Source: a virus | Taxonomy: Duplodnaviria; Caudoviricetes | Strand: one strand, 5' to 3' | Length of the DNA stretch: 62,757 bases | Virus record (IMG/VR): IMGVR_UViG_3300027996_000032 | Span: 1-62,757 of that record | Shown: piece by piece, positions 29,945-40,413 of the stretch | Layout of the letters: each line of letters starts with the position of its first letter | How positions within the stretch are numbered: the stretch's first letter is position 1 | Made by a program: the position numbers and the translations under genes | Notes under the pieces: generated by a model | Told to the model about the DNA's origin: nothing | Databases searched by the model: none | The model's input: the letters and a program-made list of their open reading frames with translations, nothing else

Positions 29945-30622
29945 CTAGGCGGCCGCAGCCTGGACGGCCGTCAGGATCTTGGTGTTCTCCGCCTCGTCAT
30001 CCGAGAAGGTGCCGGTCGCCTTCCACCTGGCCAACTGGTTGGAGCCGATCACACCCTCGCCGCTCGCCTTGGCGAGCTGGATCATGGTCAGGCCGTGGAA
30101 GTCACCGCCCACACCCCGACCCTTGCCCACGCTCTTCCGGAGCTTGCGGACGCCCGCCAGGTTGGCCTGCGCGACGCTCGACACACCACCTGTGCTCTCG
30201 CGCAGGAAGGTGTCGATGCCAGCCACACCCTTGGTCAGGGGGCCCAGCACCTTGGCCAGCGCCGCCGACTGGCGGATGGTGAGCGTGGTCAGCTGCGCGA
30301 TCTTCGCGTCCTGAGCCGCGACGGCCTTGCGGAGCTCGGTCACGTCACCACCGACCTGCTCGATGAACTCGGACACGTCGATGTACTCGTCGCCCTTCCC
30401 GAGCGTCTCCAGGTCGGCATAGCCGGGATCTCCCTCCTCGCCTTCCTCCTCGGTGTCCTCGCCTTCGCCCTCCTCGCCCTCTTCCAGGTCTTCGGGGCCG
30501 CCCTTCGCGAGACGTACGAGATCCGAGATGCCGTCAGCCATGCCCTTCAGCATCGACGTGATTGCCGACTCGCCACCAGCGAGTGCGGCGGCGTCTGCCA
30601 GCTCTTCCAGTTCATTGGGCAT
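29945..30622 (-). CDS. capsid scaffolding protein
   Basis: acidic and coiled-coil; between protease and MCP; seven [LM]xK[AGS] sites. Confidence 0.75.
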   Translation of the reverse strand: MPNELEELADAAALAGGESAITSMLKGMADGISDLVRLAKGGPEDLEEGEEGEGEDTEEEGEEGDPGYADLETLGKGDEYIDVSEFIEQVGGDVTELRKAVAAQDAKIAQLTTLTIRQSAALAKVLGPLTKGVAGIDTFLRESTGGVSSVAQANLAGVRKLRKSVGKGRGVGGDFHGLTMIQLAKASGEGVIGSNQLARWKATGTFSDDEAENTKILTAVQAAAA

Positions 30623-31607
30623 GATCTGCCTCCTTGTTCTTCCGGCTCGCCATGAGCTGACGCAGCCACTGTTTCGCGATAGCTTCGGTCACACCATATT
30701 TCTTCATGATGCGACCGACGACTTCCTTCACCCGGGTCGAACTCGTGTTCTGCGGGTCCTGGTCCTGGCCCTCCAGGTCCTCCGGCACGTGCGCGCCTGT
30801 GGCAGCGGCTGTGCCGTACTGGCTCGCACCGGACGCGTCCGCCTTGGCGAGACGAATCCCCTCGCATGCACCAGGTGGGCACGTGCAGCGTCCGCACTCG
30901 GGGACGCCCACCATGCGACGGCGCTGCGACTTGGTGAGGATCTCCAGCGGCGAGGTGCCCTTCTCCATCACGTCCAGCGTCGCGTCCGGGTTCTTCGGGA
31001 GCTCGCAGACCGCAGCCGCCGACACCTGCGCAAAGATGATGCGTTTCCCGCATGGGCTGAGCGCCATCAGACCGTGAGCTGACAGACCGAGCCCCCGAGG
31101 TGTGCCCTTCAGCAGGTGGGCGAGGCTCCAAAAATGGTCAGCTCGTGCGAACTCGTGTTCGGTTGGGCGCCGGGCCGAACCCTTCGCGTTGGTGAGACCA
31201 TCCCAACTCGCCGGGCTGTCGCGGTCGAAGAGTCGACCCGCGGTCCAGAAGCCGACCTTCCCGTGAGCCTTCGCCAACTTCGTGGTGGCATCATGGAACT
31301 CGAGGCCACCAGCCACCGGAAGACCCACAGCCACAGATTCGTTGTGGGTGTCGTTCCAGACTCCGCCCTTCTCGTACTTCGACCAATCGATCAGGCCGAG
31401 CTGTGACGCCACATCGGCACGATGGCCGTCGCGATCGATTGTCGGCACCACCCCACCCTGGGGGCCAATCTTGCCGTACGTCATCAGCCACCCACCCATC
31501 GGGCGGGTGTGGCGACTCCTCGCGCCCACGGACTTCGCGAGCGACCGCAAGGGCAGCACGCTACCGAAGATCGTGAAGTGCTCGATAGTGGCGTCAGGTA
31601 TGACCAT
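30612..31607 (-). CDS. prohead protease
   Basis: DRDG...IDWSKYEKGGVWNDTH...VGLP...RGLGLSAHG (His and Ser motifs like SPO1-type LGFSIEG proteases); start MVIPDAT. Confidence 0.75.
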   Translation of the reverse strand: MVIPDATIEHFTIFGSVLPLRSLAKSVGARSRHTRPMGGWLMTYGKIGPQGGVVPTIDRDGHRADVASQLGLIDWSKYEKGGVWNDTHNESVAVGLPVAGGLEFHDATTKLAKAHGKVGFWTAGRLFDRDSPASWDGLTNAKGSARRPTEHEFARADHFWSLAHLLKGTPRGLGLSAHGLMALSPCGKRIIFAQVSAAAVCELPKNPDATLDVMEKGTSPLEILTKSQRRRMVGVPECGRCTCPPGACEGIRLAKADASGASQYGTAAATGAHVPEDLEGQDQDPQNTSSTRVKEVVGRIMKKYGVTEAIAKQWLRQLMASRKNKEADHAQ

Positions 31608-31698
31608 ATGCCCCACAAAAGGAAAGCGCGGCCGACTCCCAAAAGAAGGAGCGGGCCGCGCTGGACCGTGGGCCGTGGCGATGTCGTACGCTCCTACC

Positions 31699-31974
31699 CT
31701 ACCGATCCGGCGGTGATCCGTCAACGCGACGGCGGCGAACCACTGCGCGGCGCCGCTTCCGTCCCCCCTCCTCGTCGCTAGCCTCCTCGGCCTCCTGGAC
31801 GGCCAGCCAAGGGACCCGAACAGCGCTTCGACACCTCGGGCACCGGGCCACGAACTGCCCGCCGACGAGACGCAAGATCCGAGCCCGTAGCGTCCACTCC
31901 CCACCTCGATGGGCCCACAGGTCCTCGCCGCACTGGCAGCGGGCCCTCAGCTCGGATGGCTCAGTCGTCCCCAT
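31699..31974 (-). CDS. small Zn-ribbon protein with basic tail
   Basis: RCQCG...RCPRC; ends KRRRAVVRRRRV. Confidence 0.55.
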   Translation of the reverse strand: MGTTEPSELRARCQCGEDLWAHRGGEWTLRARILRLVGGQFVARCPRCRSAVRVPWLAVQEAEEASDEEGGRKRRRAVVRRRRVDGSPPDR

Positions 31975-32236
31975 TGCTGCTCGCCACGAAGCGGTCCAGG
32001 CGCCCACGCTCATCGTGAAGGACTCGCAAGCGGCGAGCAGCGAAGGGGCCGCCGCCATGATCCACAGCTACATGCTGCTCTACCGTGTGGATGGTGTCCG
32101 GCATGCTGTCGAGCTGCCTCGTGGCACGCTTCGCCAGCTGAGCACGCGCCGCCTTCACCTCGCGGCGCTGGTGCTCGATCTTCGCGGCCGCAGCCACCAG
32201 CTTGTCCCGGCTCAAAGCACGAGCTCGTAGCCGCAC
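31961..32236 (-). CDS. small basic coiled-coil hypothetical protein
   Basis: ORF overlaps its neighbours in the operon; start uncertain. Confidence 0.4.
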   Translation of the reverse strand: MRLRARALSRDKLVAAAAKIEHQRREVKAARAQLAKRATRQLDSMPDTIHTVEQHVAVDHGGGPFAARRLRVLHDERGRLDRFVASSNGDD

Positions 32237-32607
32237 GTCTCGGCGCGATCCCGCATCTCCTCGGCACGAGCGGGGTTGGGCTCCTCCGCCGCGGCCCGAA
32301 GCAGCTGGAAGGCTTGGGCCGCACGCTTGTGCTTCGAGCTACCCCAGCGCACAGACTGGTCGTGGCGTCGCCCAGCACGCCGCACCCGTACATGCGACGG
32401 TCGAGTCGTGTCGTCACGCTCCACGAATATGGCGCCGTGATGAAGGGAGCGGTCGATCTTCGTGGCGTCGATCCACTCCTCTGTGCCGCCCGGCCACTGC
32501 ATCAGGACGCGAGAAGAACCAAGGCTCTTCACGGTGCCGTCAGGTTGGAGGATCCCGCCGCCTGTCATGCCCTTTTCGCTCGTCCCCATCGTTCCGCCTC
32601 CGTGCAT
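32212..32607 (-). CDS. hypothetical protein
   Basis: ORF directly after the helicase; likely start MGTSEKG behind GAGG. Confidence 0.45.
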   Translation of the reverse strand: MHGGGTMGTSEKGMTGGGILQPDGTVKSLGSSRVLMQWPGGTEEWIDATKIDRSLHHGAIFVERDDTTRPSHVRVRRAGRRHDQSVRWGSSKHKRAAQAFQLLRAAAEEPNPARAEEMRDRAETCGYELVL

Positions 32608-32618
32608 CAGGTCCTAGC

Positions 32619-35600
32619 CTACTTCGCCGCGTACGCCATCTCTGGCGGGAGTTCCCTGTGCCCCGTGCGCTCCCGCTGCGCCGCGGCGTAGTGGCCGGCG
32701 ATCCCGTGCTCCTCCAGTGACACCGGAGTCTCGTGCGCCTCGGCCAGCGTCTTCTTTCGACGGAGCCTTCGGAGCGCGCGACGGTCGAAATCGGTATCGG
32801 TGTGCCAGTTGTGGATGTCCACGTCCCCATGCTGCCCCTGGCGGAAGGCCCGCCCGCTGCGCTGGGCGTGCGCCTTTTGCGTCATCGGGAGATCGTAGTG
32901 GTGCACAGCCTTCGCGCGTTGCGCGTTCACGCCGGCCTCCATGGCGCGGGTCGCGACGATCACGTCATGCGATGGATCGCCGCCCCCCTCCGGCTGAAAG
33001 CCCCGCATCACCTTGTCTCTGGCCTTGACGTTCATGCCGCCGTGGTAGGTCGCGGATCGAACCCCGCGCTTCGAGAGCGAGTCGTGGATCATCCGCAGCT
33101 CGGCGAGCGAGTCGGTGAACACGATCGTGGGCTTCCCCTTCTGCTTCGAGCCACCGCGATCGAGGTACTCGCCGTTCTTCACGTCGTGCGCGATCACGTC
33201 AGCCATGGTCTTCAGCTTGTGGTTGATCTCCTCCGGCGCCTGGTTGATGGCTCGCCGCATGGCCATCTCGCGCATGGTCCCCACCGCCTTGGCCTTCCCT
33301 TTCGCCAGCTCTTCGTGGTCGGCCTCTGGCGTGGTGTCGAAACCCTTCGGGCTCAGCTCCTTGACCGCCTCCACATCCACCTTTCCGACGCTCTTGCCCT
33401 TCCGCACGCGCTCGTAGAGGGCATCGACACGATCCACCAGCTTCTTCTGCTCCGGATGGAGCTCCAAGGGGCCGCCCGACGCGACCTTCTTGCCGTCCTC
33501 GATCTTTGGGTTGGCCGAATCGTGGCGTTCCACGCCCTCGGGGTCGATCCTCGAGGTGAACGTGAGGTGCGACAACTCCCGGCGCAGCGCGTCAGGGTTG
33601 TGCCCGCTGCCGCCGAATGACGACATGAAGTCACGACGACCCCCGTACCTGTCGGGCGCCAGGTCGGCGGCCGTGCTCCACGCCTCCGACGGGTCATTCT
33701 TGACCGGTGTGGCGGAGCCCCGAACGTAATGGGTCGTGTTGGAGGGGTGGCTTGCCGCGGTCATGACAAGAGACAGCATGCTGGGCTTCGCGCCCTCGCG
33801 CTGCACCGTCATGTGTGCCTCGTCGTTGTACGTGAAGTGAGCCGGCACGCCATGCGCCTCCCGCGCGTCGCGGTACCAGCCCGCCCTCTCCTGGACCGTG
33901 GAGCTCCGCAGCTTCTTTCGCATCTCGTCGTGCGACACGTTCGCGTGGTCCGCCATCATGCGCAGCGCGGTGTCGCGGAACGCGGCGTGCGTGAAGACGC
34001 GCATGTGCGTGTCGCCCTTCAGGATCCCCATCCGGTCAGCGTGGCCTTTCCCCTCGCTGGTCTTCCACGAGTGTTTTCCGGGCTCCGTGTACCGCAACAT
34101 CTCGTTGCCGAACTGGCGCTGAACCGAGGTCGGCACCAGGAACAGCCCGTGTTTCGTCGCGCCTTTCCCGTGCTGGCCCGTGAACATCCCGATCGTCGTC
34201 AGCGACTTGCCGAAGCCGGTGCCGCCGGTGAGCTGCATTCGACCGCCGTTCGCGTCGAGCATCTTCGCGGCGCGTTGCTGGTCGGCGCGGTGTCCGTCCA
34301 TGTTGAGGCCCTTCACCAGGTCCACACCGCCCTGCCGGGGGTCGAACTGTTGCCCGACGTGACCCATGAGAGACTCGATCTGGCCCTCCGCGCGACGCCC
34401 AAGCGACACCCGCTGCCCGAGCGATGGTGTCGCGATCTCCTCCGCGGATCTGGGCTCCATCTTCACCTCTCCGGACGGCTTCGGGGGCCCACCAAACATG
34501 CCGCCACCACCGAACATGCCACCCTGCGCGGTAGCCCTCGCGCGGTCCTCCTCCCGGCTCTTGGTCTCCTTGGCGAGCAGGGCCCCCTCGCCACCCATGC
34601 CGCTGTACTGCTTCGTGTCGGCGTGGCGCTCCTGGACCTCCTGCATCCTCGTGCGGCGCGCCTCGCGGTACGCGGCATGCTCCTTGGGGTTCGCGGTGGC
34701 GAAGACGTGGTTCTCGCGGTTGTGCACATCCGAGACCGTCCGCCGCAGCGTCTTGCCTGTGGTCTGCCCGTGGTGGTGAGCGAAGCGTGCCGCGAAGTCG
34801 CCGCGTAGCTCGTCCTGGAGCGCGCGCTGAGCGTTCTCGAGGCCGCCGTGCATGGACACGTACAGGCCCCATGGCGTATCTGCACCGGCCGCCCGCTGCT
34901 CGAATCGAGCGTTCTTCGCCTCCCACATCTTGGGAGCCAGGTAGCTGTCCACGTGCTGGGGTAGGATGCGCGGCGCGTACTCGTGTGCTTTCGGGGAGCC
35001 GAGAGCATCGATCGCGTGCGGGTCCTCCCCTCGTCGCCTCGCCTCCGCGGATCCCATCTCGGTTCTCGCCGCCCTCACCACCTTGTCAGCACTCAGCCAT
35101 GGTGCCTTTTCGTGTGCGGCGTCGATCGCCTTCACCTGCTCGTCCGTGAGATCTGGGTGCCGCGTCGACTCCGGAGCATCACCACGAAGTCGCCGGTGGA
35201 GCTCCCGGCCCTCCGATGGGTACCGACCAGCGAGCGCCATAGCATCGCGCTTCCAGTCGCCGTATTCCTTCGACTCCGTCTGAGGCCCGAAGAACGACAT
35301 GGTTCCACCGAACTGCTTCGGCTCCTTCCCGAGCTTCTCCAGCTCCTCGTTGAAGATCCCCTTGTAACTGCGCTCGTCAGCGATGCCCTGGCGCTCGTAG
35401 AAGTGATCGATCAGGGCTTGGCGGTCCTCTGGCTTCAGCTGACTCGGCGGCGTGAACCCGACCTTCAGGAGGGGTCGCTCAGCGAGCGTGCGGAACAGCG
35501 CCTCGTGGGTCTCTGGCGAGTCGGTGTCGATGCTCTGCCGGTGTGCGGCATCAGTCTCGCCCTTCCCAGTGGCACCCAGGTGCTCACCGACAAGGCTGTC

Positions 35601-38333
35601 GAAGTGCTCCGCGAACTCGTCGGATGGCCGCACGTTCCCCTCGGCGTCGCGGATCGGGATGGCCTTCCGCATGGATGCCAGAAACGGCTTGATCTTGTCG
35701 CCTACCTGGTTCGTCACCGAGGGGGACATCAGATCGGCCTGGATGTCCTCGGGGCGCTCGCCGTCCGCCACCCGTGCCCCGACGTGGGAGCGCAGGGCCG
35801 CGTCCATGTCATCACCGGACAGATCGAGCGGCGCGAAGTGCCGAGGCGCATCGGGCAGGTCCCGGTTGAACGTGGTGCTTGCCCTCCGCTTGATCCCCTC
35901 TGGTAGCCAGCCCTTCTCGTCGCGGTCGCCACGCTTGATCGCCTCCACCTCTTTCCGGCGTTCCAGCACGTCCGCCGACTCGCGGTGCACGAGCTTCTCC
36001 CAAGAAGCTTGGGGCACCGTCACCTGCTTGCCTTCCAGGTCCACCGAGTAGTCGGAAGACGTGAGGCCCGCGGCGTGGAGCCATTGCAGCTGAGTGTTCA
36101 GGTCCGACCCCTCGCGAAGGGGCAGCGTCATCTTGTCGGGCAGGGGGGTGCGGTACGCCTGCGCCAGCGTCGCGGTAGCCTCCAGGCTGCCAAGGGCCGC
36201 CCCCACGGCCGTCTGCGCGTCGTCAAGGTCGGCATCGTAGGCGCCAAGGTGCGCCGCGGCGTCCTCGATGCTCCCCACATCTTCGACGGACCGCTGCAGG
36301 CCGGGCACCGCCGACTCCACTTGCTGCAGCGCCTTCACCGATCGGGTCTTCACCTGCTCGACGTGGTGGCTCTCCAGGGCGCCGAGCACCGTGGCGTCGT
36401 CGTGCCCGTCGGATGACATGGCCCAGCGGGTCAGGAGCGCCGCATTCCCGACACCCACAGCATCCACCGTGAGCCTGTCCAGATACCTCTGCTTCGAGAT
36501 CCCGAGCGAGACATCGGCGAGCGCCGAGTAGTGCCCATCGGCCAGGGCGGTCGCGTGAGCCCCACGCTTCTCGTCTGCGACCCCCAGGAGCTGCCGCGTG
36601 AGCTGCGTCCTCACCGCATCCTCGATGTCTTGGCTGACCTTCTCGGGTGGTGGCCCCACCTTCAACTCGACCGCGCGGCGTGAGGCATCATAGTCGCCCG
36701 ATTCCGCGGCCTTCACCATGGCCTTGAACTCCTTCTGTGCGGCCCGTAGGGCGTCTTTCGACTCCATCAGGTCGCGGAACTCGTGCAGCTCCGCCTCGCG
36801 CAGGGGGACCCGAGACGAGTCGGTCAGGCCCAATTTCTTGGCGTACTCCGAGGCGTCCTTGGTGATCCCCGCCATCAGTTCGCCGTAGGCTAGAGCCGCC
36901 ATCGCTTTGTTGCCCTCGCCTTCCGCCTCCAACCCGGCGAACTTGTCGGCCTGCGCTCGCTTCACCTCTGCGCGCCTCACCTGGCGCCCCGCCTCCCGCT
37001 TCAGGGCATCGGCGTGGTCCTCCGGGTCTCCTTCGAGACCGAGCCGCTCCATGGCTTCCGCCACCGCGGCCTTCCTGCCCTCGTCGAGATCCCCACCACC
37101 GGCGGCGTCAGACAGCGCCGCGGCGGTGTCCATGGCCACCAGGGATTGGCGCTCGGCCTCGTGTGACGCGAGATCGATAGACTCGGGGCGGTCACGGCCC
37201 CCAGCAGCCTCCAAGTCCTTCGCCAGCTGGTCATGGTCGACCAGCTCCAACTGCTTGGCGGCGTGCTCTGTTGCTGCGGCACCCACCTCGCTGGCTGCCG
37301 ATGGTGTCCGGCTCCGACGCGCGGCACGCTCCCCCGCTCGCTCGGTCTCCTCCTGGGCCTGCAGCTCGAGCTCGGCACGCGCCATGTGCACGACATCGCC
37401 GTGAACCGGGTCTTCACCCTCGACGGAATCACGCACGATCTCCGCGTCCACGGCTTCCATGGCCTTCCCAGCCACGATCTTCTCGTGGTGCTCGCGCAGC
37501 CGCTTGTTGGCCTGTGACAGCTGCCGGCGGTGGTGGCGAGACCGGATGATGTTGCGAGCCCCATCGCTCGGCACCTTCGCGAGGTCGGATTCCGGCAGGT
37601 CGTCCTCGACGCCCCCGAGCTTCTCGCGCACCGTCTCAATGAACTTGCGCTCGGCGTCGACCTTCGCGTCTTTCGCCTCCTTGACGGTCTTGTCTTCCTG
37701 CTCGTTCTCCTCGTCGGATTGCCCCTCGCGGCGCTCTTTGGTCGTGGCGTCTTTCTTCTTCTTCCGCTCCGCCGACTTCTTCGCCCACTTCTTCCGGTTC
37801 TCTGGCGTGTCCTTGGCGACCCCTTTGAGGCGGGCGTGGGTCATCTTGCCGCCAGCCCCACCGATGATCCGGTGCGTGCCGTCCGGGTTCGGGCGGATCA
37901 GGACAGGAACCCCCTTCTCGCCGTCGCCGTTCGGGTGCACCGTGATCCAGCGCTCACCCTCCTTCAGAGCCCGGCCCTTCCGCAGCAGGCGCCCACCAGC
38001 CTGGACGAGCCGCACCACAGGCAGCCGCAGCTTGGACACCTTCGCGGATTCCGAGACGCGATACCGGCCGTGCTGCACCTTGTGCATCTTGCCGTCGGCA
38101 TCCACGACCTGGATGCCGTGCTCGCCGCGCGTGTGCTCGACACCGACGCGATCGTCGGTGTCGCCATCACCGCGCCAGTGCACTCGGGGCGAGTCGTGCC
38201 ATGCGAGCGAGGTGTGCCGCTGCTCCCACGGCACCCGCACCCGGTACGCCTGCCCGGAACGTGTGCATGTGAGACTCACGATCGCGTGGTCTGAACTCCG
38301 CTGACAACGCTCGAACCGCATGGCGCCTCCCAC
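32619..38333 (-). CDS. 1904-aa polyvalent protein with C-terminal SF2/SNF2-like helicase
   Basis: GGTGFGKS (Walker A), NDEAH (Walker B), GSATP (III), IVFTDS (IV), ATRAMEAGVN (V), QRSGRAFRQGQ (VI); N-terminal WITVHPNG...PVLI...IIGGAGGK motif. Confidence 0.85.
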   Translation of the reverse strand: MGGAMRFERCQRSSDHAIVSLTCTRSGQAYRVRVPWEQRHTSLAWHDSPRVHWRGDGDTDDRVGVEHTRGEHGIQVVDADGKMHKVQHGRYRVSESAKVSKLRLPVVRLVQAGGRLLRKGRALKEGERWITVHPNGDGEKGVPVLIRPNPDGTHRIIGGAGGKMTHARLKGVAKDTPENRKKWAKKSAERKKKKDATTKERREGQSDEENEQEDKTVKEAKDAKVDAERKFIETVREKLGGVEDDLPESDLAKVPSDGARNIIRSRHHRRQLSQANKRLREHHEKIVAGKAMEAVDAEIVRDSVEGEDPVHGDVVHMARAELELQAQEETERAGERAARRSRTPSAASEVGAAATEHAAKQLELVDHDQLAKDLEAAGGRDRPESIDLASHEAERQSLVAMDTAAALSDAAGGGDLDEGRKAAVAEAMERLGLEGDPEDHADALKREAGRQVRRAEVKRAQADKFAGLEAEGEGNKAMAALAYGELMAGITKDASEYAKKLGLTDSSRVPLREAELHEFRDLMESKDALRAAQKEFKAMVKAAESGDYDASRRAVELKVGPPPEKVSQDIEDAVRTQLTRQLLGVADEKRGAHATALADGHYSALADVSLGISKQRYLDRLTVDAVGVGNAALLTRWAMSSDGHDDATVLGALESHHVEQVKTRSVKALQQVESAVPGLQRSVEDVGSIEDAAAHLGAYDADLDDAQTAVGAALGSLEATATLAQAYRTPLPDKMTLPLREGSDLNTQLQWLHAAGLTSSDYSVDLEGKQVTVPQASWEKLVHRESADVLERRKEVEAIKRGDRDEKGWLPEGIKRRASTTFNRDLPDAPRHFAPLDLSGDDMDAALRSHVGARVADGERPEDIQADLMSPSVTNQVGDKIKPFLASMRKAIPIRDAEGNVRPSDEFAEHFDSLVGEHLGATGKGETDAAHRQSIDTDSPETHEALFRTLAERPLLKVGFTPPSQLKPEDRQALIDHFYERQGIADERSYKGIFNEELEKLGKEPKQFGGTMSFFGPQTESKEYGDWKRDAMALAGRYPSEGRELHRRLRGDAPESTRHPDLTDEQVKAIDAAHEKAPWLSADKVVRAARTEMGSAEARRRGEDPHAIDALGSPKAHEYAPRILPQHVDSYLAPKMWEAKNARFEQRAAGADTPWGLYVSMHGGLENAQRALQDELRGDFAARFAHHHGQTTGKTLRRTVSDVHNRENHVFATANPKEHAAYREARRTRMQEVQERHADTKQYSGMGGEGALLAKETKSREEDRARATAQGGMFGGGGMFGGPPKPSGEVKMEPRSAEEIATPSLGQRVSLGRRAEGQIESLMGHVGQQFDPRQGGVDLVKGLNMDGHRADQQRAAKMLDANGGRMQLTGGTGFGKSLTTIGMFTGQHGKGATKHGLFLVPTSVQRQFGNEMLRYTEPGKHSWKTSEGKGHADRMGILKGDTHMRVFTHAAFRDTALRMMADHANVSHDEMRKKLRSSTVQERAGWYRDAREAHGVPAHFTYNDEAHMTVQREGAKPSMLSLVMTAASHPSNTTHYVRGSATPVKNDPSEAWSTAADLAPDRYGGRRDFMSSFGGSGHNPDALRRELSHLTFTSRIDPEGVERHDSANPKIEDGKKVASGGPLELHPEQKKLVDRVDALYERVRKGKSVGKVDVEAVKELSPKGFDTTPEADHEELAKGKAKAVGTMREMAMRRAINQAPEEINHKLKTMADVIAHDVKNGEYLDRGGSKQKGKPTIVFTDSLAELRMIHDSLSKRGVRSATYHGGMNVKARDKVMRGFQPEGGGDPSHDVIVATRAMEAGVNAQRAKAVHHYDLPMTQKAHAQRSGRAFRQGQHGDVDIHNWHTDTDFDRRALRRLRRKKTLAEAHETPVSLEEHGIAGHYAAAQRERTGHRELPPEMAYAAK

Positions 38334-38344
38334 GTGGGAGTACC

Positions 38345-38533
38345 CTACCCGAGAGCTCCAAGCAGCGAGACAGGACCCAGCCGGTCGGCGACGAGAGGCT
38401 CACCCTTGACACCGGCTTGCGCCAGGCAGGGATCACACACCGGTTGCCTGTTGTCCATGCTGGCCACGCGCGTCGCCGTCTGCACCATCTTGCTCACGTC
38501 CTTCTGACCACACTTCACACAATCGTGCTTCAC
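38345..38533 (-). CDS. small Cys4 Zn-finger protein
   Basis: CVKC...CDPC. Confidence 0.45.
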   Translation of the reverse strand: MKHDCVKCGQKDVSKMVQTATRVASMDNRQPVCDPCLAQAGVKGEPLVADRLGPVSLLGALG

Positions 38534-38737
38534 CTTGCACCTCCTTGTGGACCGAATCCTACAGGCGGGTCACGCCTCCGCGACAGCATGGTTGAGGATA
38601 CCGAAGAAGAAGCACTCGCAGCAAAACATGTCTCGTCCGCTGGCTTGTGTGGGGGTTCTCTCGCCTACGCGCGCGGCGCCTGGACACGTGCAGACTTTCG
38701 CATGTCGGCGCTGTGGTGGCTTGCCCATCGGGCCACA

Positions 38738-39022
38738 TCAAGATCGCTCATCCGCTCCTTGAGCCAGTCGCGCCTTTAGATCTATGGCCACATAGCGCTG
38801 CTCGAACGTGCCATCGGCCATCCACTTCGCGCGCCACCACCCTCTTCGTAGGGCGCTTGCCCGTGTTTCGCACTGATTGGGCACGCCCGAAAAGACATGC
38901 TTCGTGCCGCATGGTCGCTCCACGTCGAAGCGCCAGGGGTACGGGTGCCATGAGGGCATCCCGTCCGGAACAAACGCGCGAACATGGTGGCCGTGGTACG
39001 TCTTCACCGTTTCCGTGGTCAT
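38738..39022 (-). CDS. hypothetical protein
   Basis: GGAG RBS, ATGA coupling. Confidence 0.55.
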   Translation of the reverse strand: MTTETVKTYHGHHVRAFVPDGMPSWHPYPWRFDVERPCGTKHVFSGVPNQCETRASALRRGWWRAKWMADGTFEQRYVAIDLKARLAQGADERS

Positions 39023-39177
39023 CGCGCCAACTCCTCGGGCCAGTCGCCCGTGTCTCCGGTCTCTGGTGGCACCTCACAGGTCCAGGTCACGATCCGGCGC
39101 CCTGGCTCCAACCCCGAAGGGGTGCAGCCAACGGTGGCCAGGAGGAGGACGGCAACGAACAGTGCGCGTTCAATCAC
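39019..39177 (-). CDS. 52-aa lipoprotein (below the ORF-track cutoff)
   Basis: MIERALFVAVLLLATVG-C lipobox-like signal peptide; overlaps both neighbouring genes. Confidence 0.6.
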   Translation of the reverse strand: MIERALFVAVLLLATVGCTPSGLEPGRRIVTWTCEVPPETGDTGDWPEELAR

Positions 39178-39559
39178 GAGGCCCCCCAAAGCGGCGAAGG
39201 AGATCCCTTTCCAGCTCGCTCGCCGTATCGGGAGTGAGGGCGCCGGCGTTCACCATCTTCTGCAAGAGGAGCACCGCGTCGACGGCCTCGTCTTCGTCTT
39301 TAACCACCACCAACTCTACCTGATCCATCAGGTCGGCCGGTATGATCGGGAAGAAACTCGCATCACGGCACGCCATGTTGAGCACGTGCGCCATCTCCTC
39401 AAGGTCCTGACTGCTGATCCCAGCACGAGGCACGATAACCACAGGGCTGTGAGCGCTGCCCCCGTAGCAGAACTTGACGATCGAACGGTTCAACTCCGCC
39501 CATTCGCTTTTGACGTAGCCGGGAGAGCCCACAGCCTTCGTCCACAAGCACGTCACCAT
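39170..39559 (-). CDS. hypothetical protein
   Basis: GAGGTG RBS; 129 aa. Confidence 0.55.
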   Translation of the reverse strand: MVTCLWTKAVGSPGYVKSEWAELNRSIVKFCYGGSAHSPVVIVPRAGISSQDLEEMAHVLNMACRDASFFPIIPADLMDQVELVVVKDEDEAVDAVLLLQKMVNAGALTPDTASELERDLLRRFGGPRD

Positions 39560-39574
39560 CGCTTCACCTCGTTG

Positions 39575-39805
39575 CTATTTGTCCCAGAACACTCGGCCCG
39601 GCAGCTGCACTGTCGGGTTGCCTTCTTCCCACGTGACCCAGAACCCGGCCTTCGACAGCGCGAAGCACCGTCCGAAGTGCTCCGCAGACGGGTCGCCACC
39701 ATGCGTTTCGTGGTCCTCGATGCGCTCGCACACCACCTCATAGGTCCGCACCACGCCGATCTCGGCAGGGGACCAACGCGGCCAACATGATCCTGTGAGG
39801 ATCAT
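39575..39805 (-). CDS. hypothetical protein
   Basis: 76-aa ORF with protein-like composition. Confidence 0.4.
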   Translation of the reverse strand: MILTGSCWPRWSPAEIGVVRTYEVVCERIEDHETHGGDPSAEHFGRCFALSKAGFWVTWEEGNPTVQLPGRVFWDK

Positions 39806-39811
39806 GTTGGC
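39781..39811. repeat. perfect 14-bp inverted repeat GCCAACATGATCCT-GTG-AGGATCATGTTGGC
   Basis: read directly from the sequence. Confidence 0.85.
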
Positions 39812-39931
39812 TCAGCGCCCCCGGTTTCTTCGGCTCGACTTCTGGCGACGCTTCCACACCGGCCGAGTCACGAACGGCACAGGTCGTCGCGATGCCACAG
39901 GTGGTTGGCGGCGGTAGTTGCGGGGTGATGA

Positions 39932-40294
39932 TCACGACACCTCGCCGAGCTCGTCACCCACCCACCGCATGCTCTGTACCGTGACGGGTCCACCATCCAG
40001 TCGTTCCGCGGCACGCACCTCGACGAGAGGCGCTTGCATGCGGGCCACGACACGGTTGTTGCTCACCACCTCGACCGTCCAGTCGCGACGCCCGACCGAC
40101 CTGGCCCACGGCTCGCCGTCCGGGGGCTCGATGTACGCGCGCCGACAGCACTCGATGCTCGGCCACCGCAGAACAAGGACGCCGTCGTCGATGTACCGTC
40201 CATCATCCACCAGCACGACACGAGCCCGACCCACCCACGCGGGACCACCTGGTGGCCCGTAGGTGATGGCGCAGCCCTCGAAGCGCGTGATCAT
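39932..40294 (-). CDS. hypothetical protein
   Basis: start MITRFEG coupled to the stop of an upstream 40-aa ORF. Confidence 0.45.
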   Translation of the reverse strand: MITRFEGCAITYGPPGGPAWVGRARVVLVDDGRYIDDGVLVLRWPSIECCRRAYIEPPDGEPWARSVGRRDWTVEVVSNNRVVARMQAPLVEVRAAERLDGGPVTVQSMRWVGDELGEVS

Positions 40295-40413
40295 CCCTCG
40301 CCCCCTGGCGCTGGTTCCCACCCATCAGGCCATGCAACCACCCGGGCCTCCCTCACGAGGTCGTCGGGGTTGTCGTCGTACAGCGTGACGCTGCCGTCTG
40401 AGTACAGCCACAT
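40291..40413 (-). CDS. 40-aa hypothetical protein (MWLYSDGSVTLYDD...), possibly leaderless
   Basis: TGtTACTGT extended -10-like element 3 nt before the ATG; TGA overlaps the next ATG. Confidence 0.4.
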   Translation of the reverse strand: MWLYSDGSVTLYDDNPDDLVREARVVAWPDGWEPAPGGEG

